A stretch of 64,000 nt of DNA from Octopus sinensis (lineage: Eukaryota). The notes beneath the pieces were generated by a model. It was not told the origin of the DNA. It was given only the letters and a program-made list of their open reading frames with translations, and made no database searches. The position numbers were made by a program, and so were the translations under genes. Positions 1-12,965 of the stretch are shown here, in pieces; positions within the stretch are counted from its first letter, which is position 1; each line of letters opens with the position of its first letter. The DNA lies in NCBI RefSeq assembly GCF_006345805.1, contig NC_043024.1, positions 4,836,001 through 4,900,000 on the forward strand, in the 5' to 3' direction.

Positions 1-51
1 TGTCTAACCCATGCCAGCATGGAAAGTAAACAATAAATGGTGACGTATGTA

Positions 52-215
52 TGAATAATTTCTAATGGGAGATATCTGACTTGTTTCCCTTCCTCTCTAT
101 ATAAAATTTTGTAATTCCTGTTAGCAAATGAAACACATGTAATGATGAATAAATAATACCAAAAACTTTTTTCAATCTCCTCTTGTGTTATATACTTACT
201 CTGCAAAACTATTTT
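52..215 (+). other. 3' tail of a ZNF unit lying before the window (AATAAA-containing block)
   Basis: GTAATTCCTGTTAGCAAATGAAACACATGTAATGATGAATAAATAA matches the block after each ZNF ORF (about 21650, 28430, 38995, 59105; inverted at about 5810 and 6760). Confidence 0.7.
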
Positions 216-259
216 TCCAGTATTTATCAATTCTTAAGACATACCTGACTCAAGTATAA

Positions 260-339
260 CATCTAATGTACAACTTTGGAGTAGTGGAGTCAGCATGTAT
301 ACTTCAAGATGACACAATTTAGATTATAACCTACCTATG

Positions 340-396
<57 letters not shown>

Positions 397-1055
397 AAGT
401 GAGATAGGGGTTATGAGTGTAACTCACTATGGGATATCAGTTATCCAATATAATATTCTTGTGTATGTGTATTTCATTTCATATTTATATTTGCATTTTA
501 TATTTTTATAATTGTACTTTATAATCTCTGATGAGGCCTTGAGATGTATATATATAAGTAACTCATTTTTAACTGCATATTACCTCAATACATCTGACTA
601 ATATAGGCAGAATGAGATACCTTTATCTACAGGCTTAAACAGCTGTAAGATCCATTTTATGTGTATTATTTTGATGGTATTATCTTACTTATTGATGTAT
701 ATTGTTTTATTTTGTTGGATTTGGATGTTCCTATTTATGTAGTTAATAAATAATATGAATTGGTAATATCTGTAAGTCGATGATTGAAATGAATCTGTTC
801 TTCCATTTTCTTATTTGTATTATATATATAAATTTATATATATATATATAATATTGCAATACAAATGTATTACTTTCCAGTAAAATAAAGCCCCACAAGG
901 GTAGAATTATACACATAAAAACAGATGAGTGGTAGAACAAGGCACCAATAAGTAGTGGAAAATAGCAATCGATACAAATACATCTAATGTACAACTTTGG
1001 AGTAGTGGAGTCAGCATATATATACTTCAAGATGACACAATTTAGATTATAAACC
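260..1055 (+). mobile_element. Penelope-like/retrozyme-like remnant bounded by a ~72-bp direct repeat
   Basis: Direct repeat at 260-331 and 981-1055 (period about 721 bp) encloses a hammerhead-like motif. The class assignment is inferred. Confidence 0.45.
524..651 (+). ncRNA. Degenerate minimal type I hammerhead ribozyme motif
   Basis: Stem I AUCU (524-527)/AGAU (648-651); core CUGAUGA (528-534); stem II GGCCU (535-539)/AGGCU (631-635); UAAAC at 636-640 where GAAAC is expected; palindromic AGCU; cleavage triplet GUA (645-647). Confidence 0.55.
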
Positions 1056-1223
1056 TTTCCTATATTTTGTTACAGTTAGACAAAGGAAACAACAAATAGA
1101 ACAGGTTTTTATGATTCAATTATGTATTGAGAAAAATGGCAAAAACTTGCAACAAGGACAGCACAAAGCTGTTATAATGAATTTGAGAGCAAGGTACAGA
1201 GCCATTACGAAAATATTTGAGTT

Positions 1224-1530
1224 CAATCATCATCATCATTGTTCGACCATGGTCGAGACAATGGAATTTACCATGCTACGCCAGACTTCACGGTCCATCA
1301 TGGCATTACGGATGTCCTGTTGCTGGATGCCTGTATCCCTGGAGATTACATCAGGGTAGGAGAGTGTGTGCCCTCTGGTATTGCGAGTAGATGGCTTCCA
1401 GAGGAGAAGAGTAGAAATTGCCTCGTTTTCAGCTCTACCTTTCACAAGAGATGACACAGGTGGTAGTTTCCCATATATTTGCATTTTGGTTGGATGACGC
1501 TTCCACGAGAGATTTTGAGCTCTCATAAGG
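1224..1530 (-). mobile_element. RTE-clade LINE 3' fragment
   Basis: Minus-strand frame reads ...KLPPVSSLVKGR...YPDVISRDTG...AMMDREVWRSMV, resembling an RTE ORF2 C-terminus, followed by a (TGA)n tail. Confidence 0.65.
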
Positions 1531-1800
1531 AGGCGAGTTCAAAGTGCAGAGTTGTTACAAAATGATTGAGTATGTCGGTCCTTGTTGACGGAAAGTCCAA
1601 TGTCAGAGGTCGCAGTCGCAGATTTCCTTTGTTTATTCCAAACTCTCAGCATGCCAATCCAAGCAAACAGGCGAGGTAACACTACTCACCCTCTTGTATG
1701 TTGTACTATGTTATGTTAATCTCTTACCTCAGAGGGAGAGAGAACGGCAGCTAGTTCAGGAGGAAGACTGAACGATGCTTTCCTTAAAGCCTGTCGCTTT

Positions 1801-3371
1801 TTTTTTTTACTTGTTTCAGTCATTTGACTGCGGCCATGCTGGAGCACCGCCTTTAGTCGAGCAAATCGACCCCAGGACTTATTCTTTGTAAGCCTAGTAC
1901 TTATTCTTCCGGTCTCTTTTGCCGAACCGCTAAGTTACGGAGAGGCAATCACACCAGCATCGGTTGTCAAGCGATGTTGGTGGGACAAGCACAGACACAC
2001 AAACATACATATATATATCTATCTATATACATATCTATATATATATATATATATATACACATATCTATATATATCTACATATATACATATCTATATATAT
2101 ATATACGAGGGGCGTTCAATAAGTAATGCCCCTGACCCACTTCCCATAGCAGTAAAGCAACGAAACTTGGCACAGTTATTAGTCTTTTTCTACATAGGAA
2201 CCACCCAGAGTTACGCATTTCTCCCATTGTTTGATGCAGCTCTGGAGACCGTTTTTATAGAAGACCCCAGCTTGGTCCTCCAACCTGAACGCGACTTCAG
2301 AAATCAAGGCTGAATCATCTGGGAAACGCTTTCCTTTCAAAAACAACTTCTTGGCTGGGAAGAGGTGAAAATCAGAGGGTGCAAGGTCAGGAAAGTAGGG
2401 GGATGGGGGAGGAGTTCATAGCCATACGCCTGTGCTCCTGATCTGGCGACAAGCGAGTTGTGGACCGGAGCGTTGTCCTGCAGGAGGAGGATGCCTTTGC
2501 TGATCTTGATAACTTCTCTTAATTTCCTCAAAAGTGAAGCATAATAGGCTCCTGCAATTGTGGTACCCTTTGCCAGGAAATCTGTCATCACTACTCTGTC
2601 CTGGTCCCAGAAGACTGTGAGCATGACCTTGCCAGCGGAGGGCTGCACCCTTGCCTTCTTTGGAGGGGGTGAGTCACGGTGCTTCCACTGCATTGACTGG
2701 GCTTTGGTCTCTGGATCATCGTGATGGACCCAGGTTTCATCCTGTGTAATCAGTCTTTTGAAAAATTTTGACTCATCTTCTTGGCACATCTCCAAATTCA
2801 CCCTCGAGCACTTGACGCGTTCTTGCTTCTGGAAAGGCATGAGCAACCTGGGAATCCATCTGGCAGATACCTTTTGCATATGCAAATGGTCATGAATGAT
2901 AGCTTCCACAGACCTGGTAGTAATCTTGACCTCATGGGCTATTTGGCGAATAGTTATGCGTCGATCTTCCAAAATGGCAGCCTCAACTTGACGGACAGAT
3001 GCCTCATCAATGGCAGAAGGGGGCGACCAGATCTGGGAGCTGTTTCCACAGAGTTCCGACCATGTTTGAATTTACGATGCCAGCGTTTTACAAGGTCATA
3101 TGATGGGGCATCATCACCATAAGTTACTTTCATTTCATCAAAAGTCTCCCGTGGTGTGCGTCCTTTCAAATACAAAAACCGGATCACTGCTCGACACTCA
3201 ACAGGCTCCATTTAACACTTGACTCGGTTCAAACACCTGTAAATCAGAAACCACAATTAATTCAGTGCTGTAATTTGATACTTACTCTATAGAGATATAT
3301 ATGATTGCACATGCAAAATTTCAGCTAGATCAAACAACTGCAAGTGGGTCAGAAGCATTACTTATTGAACG

Positions 3372-3416
<45 letters not shown>

Positions 3417-3581
3417 CATATGTACAACAGGCTTCTTTCAGTTTCCGTATACCAAATCCACTCACAAGGCTTTGGTCGGCCCGGGGCTATAGAAGAAGAC
3501 ACTTGCCCAAAATGCCACGCAGTGGGACTGAACCCAGAAGCACTGGTTGGTAAGCAAGCTACTTACCACACAGCCACTCCT
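1801..3581 (-). mobile_element. tRNA-derived SINE split by a mariner inserted in its central (TA)n tract
   Basis: Head at about 3420-3581 and body at 1801-2020 join to match the uninterrupted paralog at 62057-62438. Confidence 0.8.
2106..3378 (-). mobile_element. Mariner transposon, full length (1273 bp), transposase pseudogene
   Basis: Imperfect TIRs CGAGGGGCGTTCAATAAGTAATGC, TA on both sides. Motifs WIPRLL, ITQDETWVHH, LLQDNAPVH and (after a frameshift) YFPDLAPSDFHLFP...WEKCVTLGGSYVEKD*. Frameshifts near 2960 and 2400. Confidence 0.95.
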
Positions 3582-3933
3582 ACGCCTTTGCTAGAGAAAG
3601 ATGAGCTGGTGAAAGTTGTATGTATCATGGCTGTCTCTGGTCATCTCATTTCACCAACTGGCTTTTGCTTTACGAAATTCTAGTATTTTATAAGTGCAAT
3701 ATAGCGAGAAAGAAAGGCATATTGCCAAGAACAATGGGGAAACTGATGTAGGTAGCTCTTCATTTAATTTTGACTTTTGGTGGTATAGAAGAGGTTAGGG
3801 GTGAAGTAGGAAAACATATAAATTGGCCTGGCAGAGGGTATGTATGGAGTGTCACTGTTGTCAACTACTGTTTTTCTGTGGGAAAATGGAATCCACTATT
3901 TTACTTCCCAAGGAAAAGACTTTCATAACAATA

Positions 3934-3969
<36 letters not shown>

Positions 3970-5490
3970 CCCCTCCTTAATTCTTCTGTTCATCTGCTTC
4001 TACAACTCTCTCTCTTCTCTTTCTCCTCCTTAATTCTTTTGTTCCTCTTTTTCTCTCTCTTCTCTTTCCACGTGACCCATAGGCCAGACTGCTAGCCCTC
4101 TTTTTGCATCTGACCACGGTCAGTGCAACATCGATATTCTTCCCTGTGTTTGTGGAAGTTCTGTATCTCTGTCGTAAGGCTTCATTTCCACACACACCAG
4201 CTGAATTCAATTCGTCCCCAGTCGAAAGACACCTGTTGTTATGTCCTGTTATTATTATTAATATTTTTATTGTATTTTGTATTTATATTTGTGTAACATC
4301 ATCTGTTTTTCCGTCCTTATTTTCGTATACATTCCATGCTTTCTTCCAAGGAATCTAATGCTCTTAGCTTAGTTTTTCCTTGGGGCTGGCCAGATTGGAG
4401 CAATTTCAATATTAATTAGCCGAATTTGCGAGGATGATCTGGTTCTTTACTGGGGATAGAAAGCTTCAAATAACCCGTCCTTGCTTTTCATACTTTGGTG
4501 TGAAATAATTTTTTCCACAGGCTTTTTTGAGTGCATTTAACGATGCTCAGTCCAAACCCGCCACATTCTTCCGGAAAAGACAGGGGGACGGGTGATGGGA
4601 GACCTGGGAGTTTCCCACCAACAGAGTTTTGTTTTGTTTTTTTTTCTGGGTTATTTTACATGCTTTCAATGTATGTGACCTTGAAATCACGCATAAACGG
4701 CTCCTTTCCTCAGAAAAAGAAACATTCGGCTGCTATTTCTTGCATGCCCTGCTACCACGTAACAGCTATTTTGAGTCCTTTATCGTAAATATCTGTTATA
4801 TGGTAACAGGGCATGCTAGAAATAGCAACCAAATCTTTGGAGGTGAGATACATTGAATGCACTTGAAAAAAACCTATGGAAAGAATTTATTTCACAGTGA
4901 GGTTATGAACAGGTCTTTTACGAAATATTTACAGTATTTCTAAAGCCATTTTCACTTTTAAATATTTTTTAAATATGCCAAAACAATTTTCGTAATGGTA
5001 TTCAATTGAAAATAATAAAAAAATAAATAAAATTGTCTGTTTAAAGAAAGCTAAAATATAAATACAAAAAAGCCAAAGTAGAAACATTTCTTGTAAAAAC
5101 AACTTTTTTTGTTGGCAAGTTAGTCATAATGTGTCTAACCGAAAGGCTAGAAATTCTTCCTTTTCAGGGTTAAGTTATTTTTGGTGTATTTTCCCAATAT
5201 GCACTGTTTTGGGTATTTATACCCACCAAAACTTCTAATATCTCAAGAACCAGTTGTCTAATTCACGCGAAACTTGTTTCATTCCGTTTGTATTCACATT
5301 TCAGGAAAGTCTTAATTCTTAGTATTTTCCCCATTATGTGCCATTTTGGCTATGTAACATTGGAAGCAAGATTGAAGTTTATTATTAATGTAATATATGT
5401 GTGTGTGTGTGTGTATAGGTCTGCCTACTTACAACTGCAATACAAGTATTTAATTGTGAATAAACCATTATACTTGGCACTTGTTGGCCA
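3582..5490. repeat. Inverted segmental paralog of 60407-62056
   Basis: Continuous reverse-complement similarity; the same spurious ORFs occur on opposite strands (4104-4358 vs 61432-61665; 4531 vs 61040). Confidence 0.85.
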
Positions 5491-5699
5491 GGAGAAACTC
5501 TGAAAACCACATCAGTGGTAACTTGTAAGCCAAGGTGATGGGTCAGAGAGCCAATACACATTTCAATTTGTAGGTGTTGTAAAAAAACTCAGTTCAAGTA
5601 AAAAAAAAATTACTTTTCACTTTGTATTGACCATCACAACCACCACCATCATCTGTCTCTCTCTACCTTTCTTTAATCTCTCCATCAGAACATTACCCA

Positions 5700-6175
5700 C
5701 CTTCTAAAATTATATTACATGTACATTATTTTTGTGGGAGGTTTGGATAATATTTTTTGCAAGGTAATTACATATCACATAAGGAGACCGGAGAAAAGTT
5801 TGATATTATTTATTCAGCATTACATGTTTCATTTCCTAATAGGAATCAAAAACTTTTACACGTAGAGAAAACATGTAAGATATTTCCTATCAGAAATTCA
5901 TCAGGCATACATATGTGTGTGTGGACCCTTGTCCAGATATTTATGTGATGTTCGAAAAGACCCATCATGACCGTCTACTTGTGCAGTTGTTCATTTCCAG
6001 TCCTCTGCGTAAAATATGTCTCACCAGAGAAAATATTTCCTTGGTGGGAAACAAGGAAGGTATCAATGAATTCAATCCTTTCCATAGAAGAATGTAAAAG
6101 TGAATGTTAAATGATGAGGATCATCATCGTAGTGATATGGTTCCTCTTCTGTTTGAATTCATTTATGTTATAATC
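5700..6175 (-). repeat. Extra orphan copy of the ZNF 3' region without a coding part
   Basis: Parallels 6740-7120 in the same orientation, including the AATAAA block. Confidence 0.75.
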
Positions 6176-6199
6176 AAGCAATACACATGCATACGGAGC

Positions 6200-6239
6200 A
6201 ACAAATTAGGAAGAATTAACTCTGAACAAGGGGAACTAA
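6200..6239 (-). repeat. 40-bp fragment of the promoter block beginning inside the LINE target sequence
   Basis: Reverse complement TTAGTTCCCCTTGTTCAGAGTTAATTCTTCCTAATTTG matches 23336 onward. Confidence 0.7.
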
Positions 6240-7449
6240 GTCTTGTCTTTATACTCTAGCGGTGTCATATGAAATTGTCACCCATAATTATGACCCTAGT
6301 ATCGATCTATTGCATTTCAATCTCTTTTAGGGTTGGGTGGAGGGGTATCTTTTTTTCTTCACAAATGTAAATAAACCCAATCTGTTTCTTAAACGAGGGA
6401 CATATTCATACTGCACAGAATGTTTTTTTTTTCACCTCAATAGACGTCATTGATTGGTTGAAATTGCAGAAAAAACAACAAATATCTTACAAACTATAGA
6501 ATTTTCTCAATAAAACCAAGAGAAAAAGATGTTTTATAAACTCATTCTACCCGTATACAAAGTTTAAAATTTTTTAGTTACCTAGAAATTATGTTAAAAA
6601 AACTGCCGTTCAAACCGAAAAGATCCTATGTGTTAAAAAATCTCATCACGCAATCGAACCAATGACAGAGACCCTGCCTGGGTGGGGTGAGGTGGAAGCC
6701 ATTTTTTTTTACCTGAGAAAAAAATACATAAGGACAATGGAGAAGAGTTTGATATTATTTATTCAGCATTACATGTGTTTCATTTCCTAATAGGAATTAC
6801 AAACTATTAGATGTGTAGAAAACATAAAAAAGATATTTCTTATAAGAAAATCTTCAGACATACATAAGTGTGTGTGTGTGCACCCTTTTCCAGATATTAT
6901 GTGGTGTCCGTAAATGGCCATCATGACCGTCATACTTGTATAGTTGTTCATTTCCAGTCTTCTGTGTAAAATATGTCTCACCAGGGAAAATATTTCCTTG
7001 CTTGGAAACAGGGAAGCTATCAATGAATTCAATTTGATCCATAGAAGAATGTAAAAGTGAATGTTAAATGATGAGGATCATCATCATCGTAGTGATATGG
7101 TTCCTCTTTTATTTGAATTCATTTATGTTATAATTGATCATTAACAGATATCTTAGGGTATGGCTATTCTTCATATTAACAGGACTGTGTATAATTAATT
7201 CACCATTTTGAAAGAATGATTCAGGTTTAACAACACAGTGATATGTTTTCCTTCCTCTGTCAATGCTCTTTTGATTCAATAATGGATGATTTCATGTCAA
7301 AGATTTACCATAGATGTCACATTCATATAGTTTCTATATTCTGTGGATGTCTTTATGAGATACGTCCTTTGTCCTTCTGAGGAAATGTTATACAACAAAT
7401 ATCACTGTGTTATGGACCCACTTCATAAGGAAAGACTTCTGTTTAAATC

Positions 7450-8685
<1,236 letters not shown>

Positions 8686-8992
8686 CTCTTCAAGAAAAAT
8701 ATAATCAATCCTTCAAGTTGTACAGATCAACAACTTTTCAAAAATATTTCTCCTCTCACCAAAATATATGGATATTTTGCTTCTTTTTGCTATTATAGTT
8801 TATTCCAAACAAATATCACTTCTCTTATATTTCTTCTAAATGTGATCAATGCCAATATTTAAAAATGTCGCAAATACTCTTTGGAAATCTATCAAAGAAT
8901 ATTTAAAAGAGAAAATTATCTCTTGCACATTTCAGAAGTAAGGAAATGCTTTCTCGCTCAGAGGAAATATTTTACTGTAATTCAGCAATGTT

Positions 8993-9100
8993 TTATAGAA
9001 GCAGGATTATACGTTTGTAGAATATCTTTGCAGAGTCTTTCAAACATGATACATATTGATGATTCTTTAAAAGTAAAAAATACTTTTTAGCCAATTTCAT
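8993..9100 (-). other. Putative uORF MKLAKKYFLLLKNHQYVSCLKDSAKIFYKRIILLL* just after the ZNF-1 acceptor (AG ending at 9109)
   Basis: The same ATG and frame occur in all five ZNF units, 9 nt after TTCT(A/G)TTCTTTCAG. Confidence 0.5.
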
Positions 9101-9449
9101 GTGATTTTCTGAAAGAACAGAAGAAATAATATAAGACATCAAGTATGTTTAAAAGGCAGATATTCAAAAGCCCAAATTTACGGCATTTCTGTTTTCATAA
9201 ATTGTAGAAGCAATCCTTTATCTGAACAATTAAATTTATCCAATTTCTGCATTACCAAAATGTTTATATCATAGAGTAGACACATCTATTATAATACCAA
9301 CTCCTGGTAAATAAAGTCTGTCATATATACACTTCCACACACACACACACACACACACCAATATACATATTAATGACACTAGATTTCTGATGTTTTCATT
9401 GCAGTCTTGTATCTTTGTTTGCTAAAATAGATATCGCTCTTTCTCTACC

Positions 9450-9760
9450 TTCATCATCATCATTTAACATCTGCCTTCCACGCTGGCATGGGTTGTGAGG
9501 TTTGACTGAGGATTGGCAAGCCATGAGGCTGAACAAGGTTTCAATCTTATCAGGCAAAATTTCTACAGCTGGATGCAGTTTGAGCGTGTAGCAGTTGCCT
9601 TTTATGTGCCACGGAGCCAGTCAGGTAGCATTGACATCGACCATGCTTGAAAGGAGCTCTGTATGTGCCACCGGCATGGATACAAGTCAGGCAGCGCCAG
9701 CATCAATCATGCTCGAATGGTAGTTTTTACATGCTACCTGCATGGGAGCCATATATACAA
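9450..9760 (-). repeat. Old RTE-tail/SINE remnant in the ZNF-1 intron
   Basis: (TCA)n tail plus the RTE-type 3' end; paralog at about 55730-56035. Confidence 0.65.
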
Positions 9761-9779
9761 ATACATATATATATATATA

Positions 9780-12327
9780 GGGCTATTAGACAAAAGAAAC
9801 AGGCTTGGAAGCTATGAGGCAGGTGCATTTAGCCAGAGGGGAAGCAGATAAGAAAAAATTTGCCAATGTTCTGCGCCGTGAGGATGAAAGACTTGAGGTA
9901 TTTCGTGTTGCAAGACAGTGTGTGAGAGAGAATCGTGACATGGCAGGAGAGAAATGTGTTCGCAAGGATGACGGTTCACTTGCGCTAAATGAGGATGCAA
10001 AGAGAGAGGTTTGGAGACGCCACTATGAAAGGTTGCTGAATGAGGAAAATGAATGGGATAAAGAGAGTCTGCCAAATGTCGACCCAACAGAGGGACCAGC
10101 AATCCGAGTTGACAGTTCCTTAGTAGTTAAGGCAATTACAAGCATGAAAACAGGGAAAGCCCCAGGCCCAACAGGAATTACTGCAGAGATGCTCAAAATA
10201 TCTGGTAGTGTCAGCTATAGCCTAGTCACCCGTATAGTTAACCAGGTGATACATGAAGGAGTCATACCCAATGACTGGTGTCGCAGCATAATAGTCAACT
10301 GCTACAAAGGTAAAGGTGACGCCCTAGATACAAATAACTACAGGGGTATCAAGCTGCTGGATCAGGTAATGAAGGTTACGGAGAGGGTTATAGCCCAACT
10401 AATTAGAGAGAGGGTTAGCTTAGATGAGATGCAGTTTGGGTTCGCGCCAGGGAAAAGTACTACTGATGCTATATTCCTGGTAAGACAGCTGCAGGAGAAA
10501 TACCTAGCCAAAGATAAGTCCCTGTACCTGGCTTTTGTTGACATGGAGAAAGCCTTCGACAGGGTCCCCCAATCCCTTATCTGGTGGTCAATGAGGAAAC
10601 TAGGGATAGATGAATGGTTAGTGAGAGCTGTGCGAGCCATGTACAGAGACGCTGCTAGTAAAGTGAGGGTTGGCAATGAGTACAGTGAAGAACTCCGAGT
10701 AGAGGTTGGGGTCCACCAAGGTTCAGTCCTCAGTCCCCTCCTATTTATCATAGTCCTCCAGGCAATAACGGAGGAATTCAAGACAGGATGCCCCTGGGAG
10801 CTCCTCTATGATGATGACCTTGCTCTAATTGCTGAGTCACTATCAGAACTGGAGGAGAAGTTTCAGGTGTGGAAACAAGGTTTAGAATTGAAGGGCCTTA
10901 GAATCACCTAGCCAAAACCAAAGTCCTAATAAGTAGGAAGATAGACCAATCACAAACGCCTTCAGGTAGATGGCCCTGCTCGATCTGTAAAAAAAGGTGT
11001 AGGTAGAAACTCTATAAGGTGCACCAAGTGTAAGCTATGGACACATAAGAGGTGCAGCAATGTCAAAGAAAGGCTAACTAGGAAAATAGTTTTTGTCTGT
11101 GGCAGATGCTCAGGAGCAATAAACACTGAAAATGTGCAGAGACCAACTTCTACCACGTTCCAGGGAGAAAAACTAGAAGTAGTTGATAGCTTCCGCTACC
11201 TAGGTGACCAAGTCAGTAGCGGGGGTGGGTGTGCTAAAAGTGTAACTGCTAGAGTAAGAATAGCCTGGGCAAAGTTTAGAGAGCTCTTACCCCTGCTGGT
11301 GACAAAAGGCCTCTCGCTCAGAGTAAAAGGCAGACTGTATGATGCATGTGTGCGTACAGCCATGCTACATGGTAGTGAAACATGGGCTGTGACTGCTGAG
11401 GATATGTGTAAGCTCACTAGAAATGAAGCCAGTATGCTCCGATGGATGTGTAATGTCAGTGTTCATAATCGACAGAGTGTAAGTACCTTGAGAGAAAAGT
11501 TGGACCAAAGAAGCATCAGTTGTGGTGTGCATGAGACGATTGTGCTGGTATGGTCATGTGACGAGAATGGCTGAAGATAGTTGTGTGCAAAAGTGCCACA
11601 CCCTAGCAGTTGAGGGAACCAGTGGAAGAGGTAGACCCAGGAAAACCTGGGACGAGGTGGTGAAGCACGACCTTCGAACATTAGGTCTCACCAAGGAAAT
11701 AACTAGAGACCGAGACCTATGGAAGTATGCTGTGCGTGAGAAGACCCGGTAAGACTAGTGAGACCATAACACGTGGCCTCTTCCTGGTATGTAGCCAGTC
11801 GACTTTACATACCTTTCCTTCTTGGGACACAAAACTCCACGTGTGAAGACCAGTTGAGGCAAGTGAAAATCAAAATCAAACCAAATCAGATATCAAAAAG
11901 CAGAACCAAAATCGAAGTCGATCAACATCAATGGAAATCGCAGCTGTGATACCGGTGCCGGTGACAAGTAAGCAAACCATCCGATCGTGGCCGTTGCCAC
12001 GTAAAAGCACCATCCCGTTCGTGGCCGTTGCCAGCCTCGCCTGGTCCCCGTGCTGGTGGCACGTAAACCATCCTCTCGTGGCCGTTGCCAGTGGCACGTA
12101 ATAGCTCCATCCGTTCATGGCCGTTGCCAGCCTGGCCTGGCCCCCGTGTCAGTGGCACGTAAAAAGCACCCACTACACTCACGGAGTGGTTGGCGTTAGG
12201 AAGGGCATTCAGCTGTAGAAACACTGCCAGATCAGACTGGGCCTGATGCAGCCTTCTGGCTTCACAGACCCTAGTTGAACCGTCCAACCCATGCTAGCTT
12301 GGAAAGCGGACGCTAAATGATGATGAT
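9780..12327 (+). mobile_element. 5'-truncated RTE-clade LINE inserted in a (TA)n tract
   Basis: RT motifs KAPGPTG, YRGIKLL, FVDMEKAFDRVP, VHQGSVLSPLLF, YDDDL, FRYLGD, with frameshifts; (TGA)n tail. The paralog at about 55700-55730 lacks it. Confidence 0.92.
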
Positions 12328-12457
12328 ATATATACGGTTAGCACAACGTTAATATTTTGTTGAGCATACAAGATGAATAAATGTCAGTAAATAATATTGA
12401 TGTCTCACTAACAGCATCAAAATCCTTAGTGGGGAAATTTTAACGTAGGAAAAATTA

Positions 12458-12685
12458 TTGGTTGATGTGGAGAATGAAAGCCAGATTCCTCCAAAGAGTT
12501 TGGCGTGTCCTGAAGAAGGCAATGTGCTGTTGAAATGGCCGCTACGTTCACCTGAGCTGACACCTTGCCGTTTCTTTCTCAGGGAGGGCCTAGTCTATGT
12601 CTCCCCTCTTCCTGCAAGCCCAGAGGAACTTAAGCAGAGAATTATTACCATACTGGTCGTGAGATGTGCGAAAAATAACAGCTAA
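12458..12685 (+). pseudogene. Tc1/mariner transposase C-terminal remnant (copies at 55353-55580 and 63620-63847, minus strand)
   Basis: WPLRSPELTPCRFFL...VYVSPLPASPEELKQRI resembles the WPPRSPDLTPCDFFLWG motif. Confidence 0.75.
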
Positions 12686-12965
12686 GTAACTCATAAATCG
12701 CAGTTGATTTTTTTCTTTTTTTGGTTGCATGACCGAACGAATTTTCGTACGCAAAAATTTCTGAAAATTCCTCCAAATAAAATTATGTGACGAGGGATTA
12801 TATTTGGTGCTTAAAGCAACACTCCACACACACAAAAATTAAATAAATTAGAAAACCGTATTAATTCTAACTTTTAATGATGCAGAAGAACCGCCAGAAA
12901 TGAAGACTTCCTATGTCTCAAATAAAAGCTGTTCCATTTCCTCTCGATACGATATTTGCTTTTCG

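Noticed and set aside
4195-4240. Possible second hammerhead (CTGAA...GAAAGAC)
   Set aside because: Lacks the CUGANGA core and a stem II; the fold cannot be supported.
8881-9090. Repeated antisense ORF MEIYQ.IFKRENYLL... (also 19883, 26027, 56405)
   Set aside because: TTG starts, broken by a stop in the ZNF-4 unit, and fully explained by duplication of the 5' UTR.
11987-12170. Spaced GTGGCCGTTGCCA repeats resembling a CRISPR array
   Set aside because: Irregular, mutually similar spacers inside an RTE 3' UTR, in eukaryotic DNA with no cas genes.
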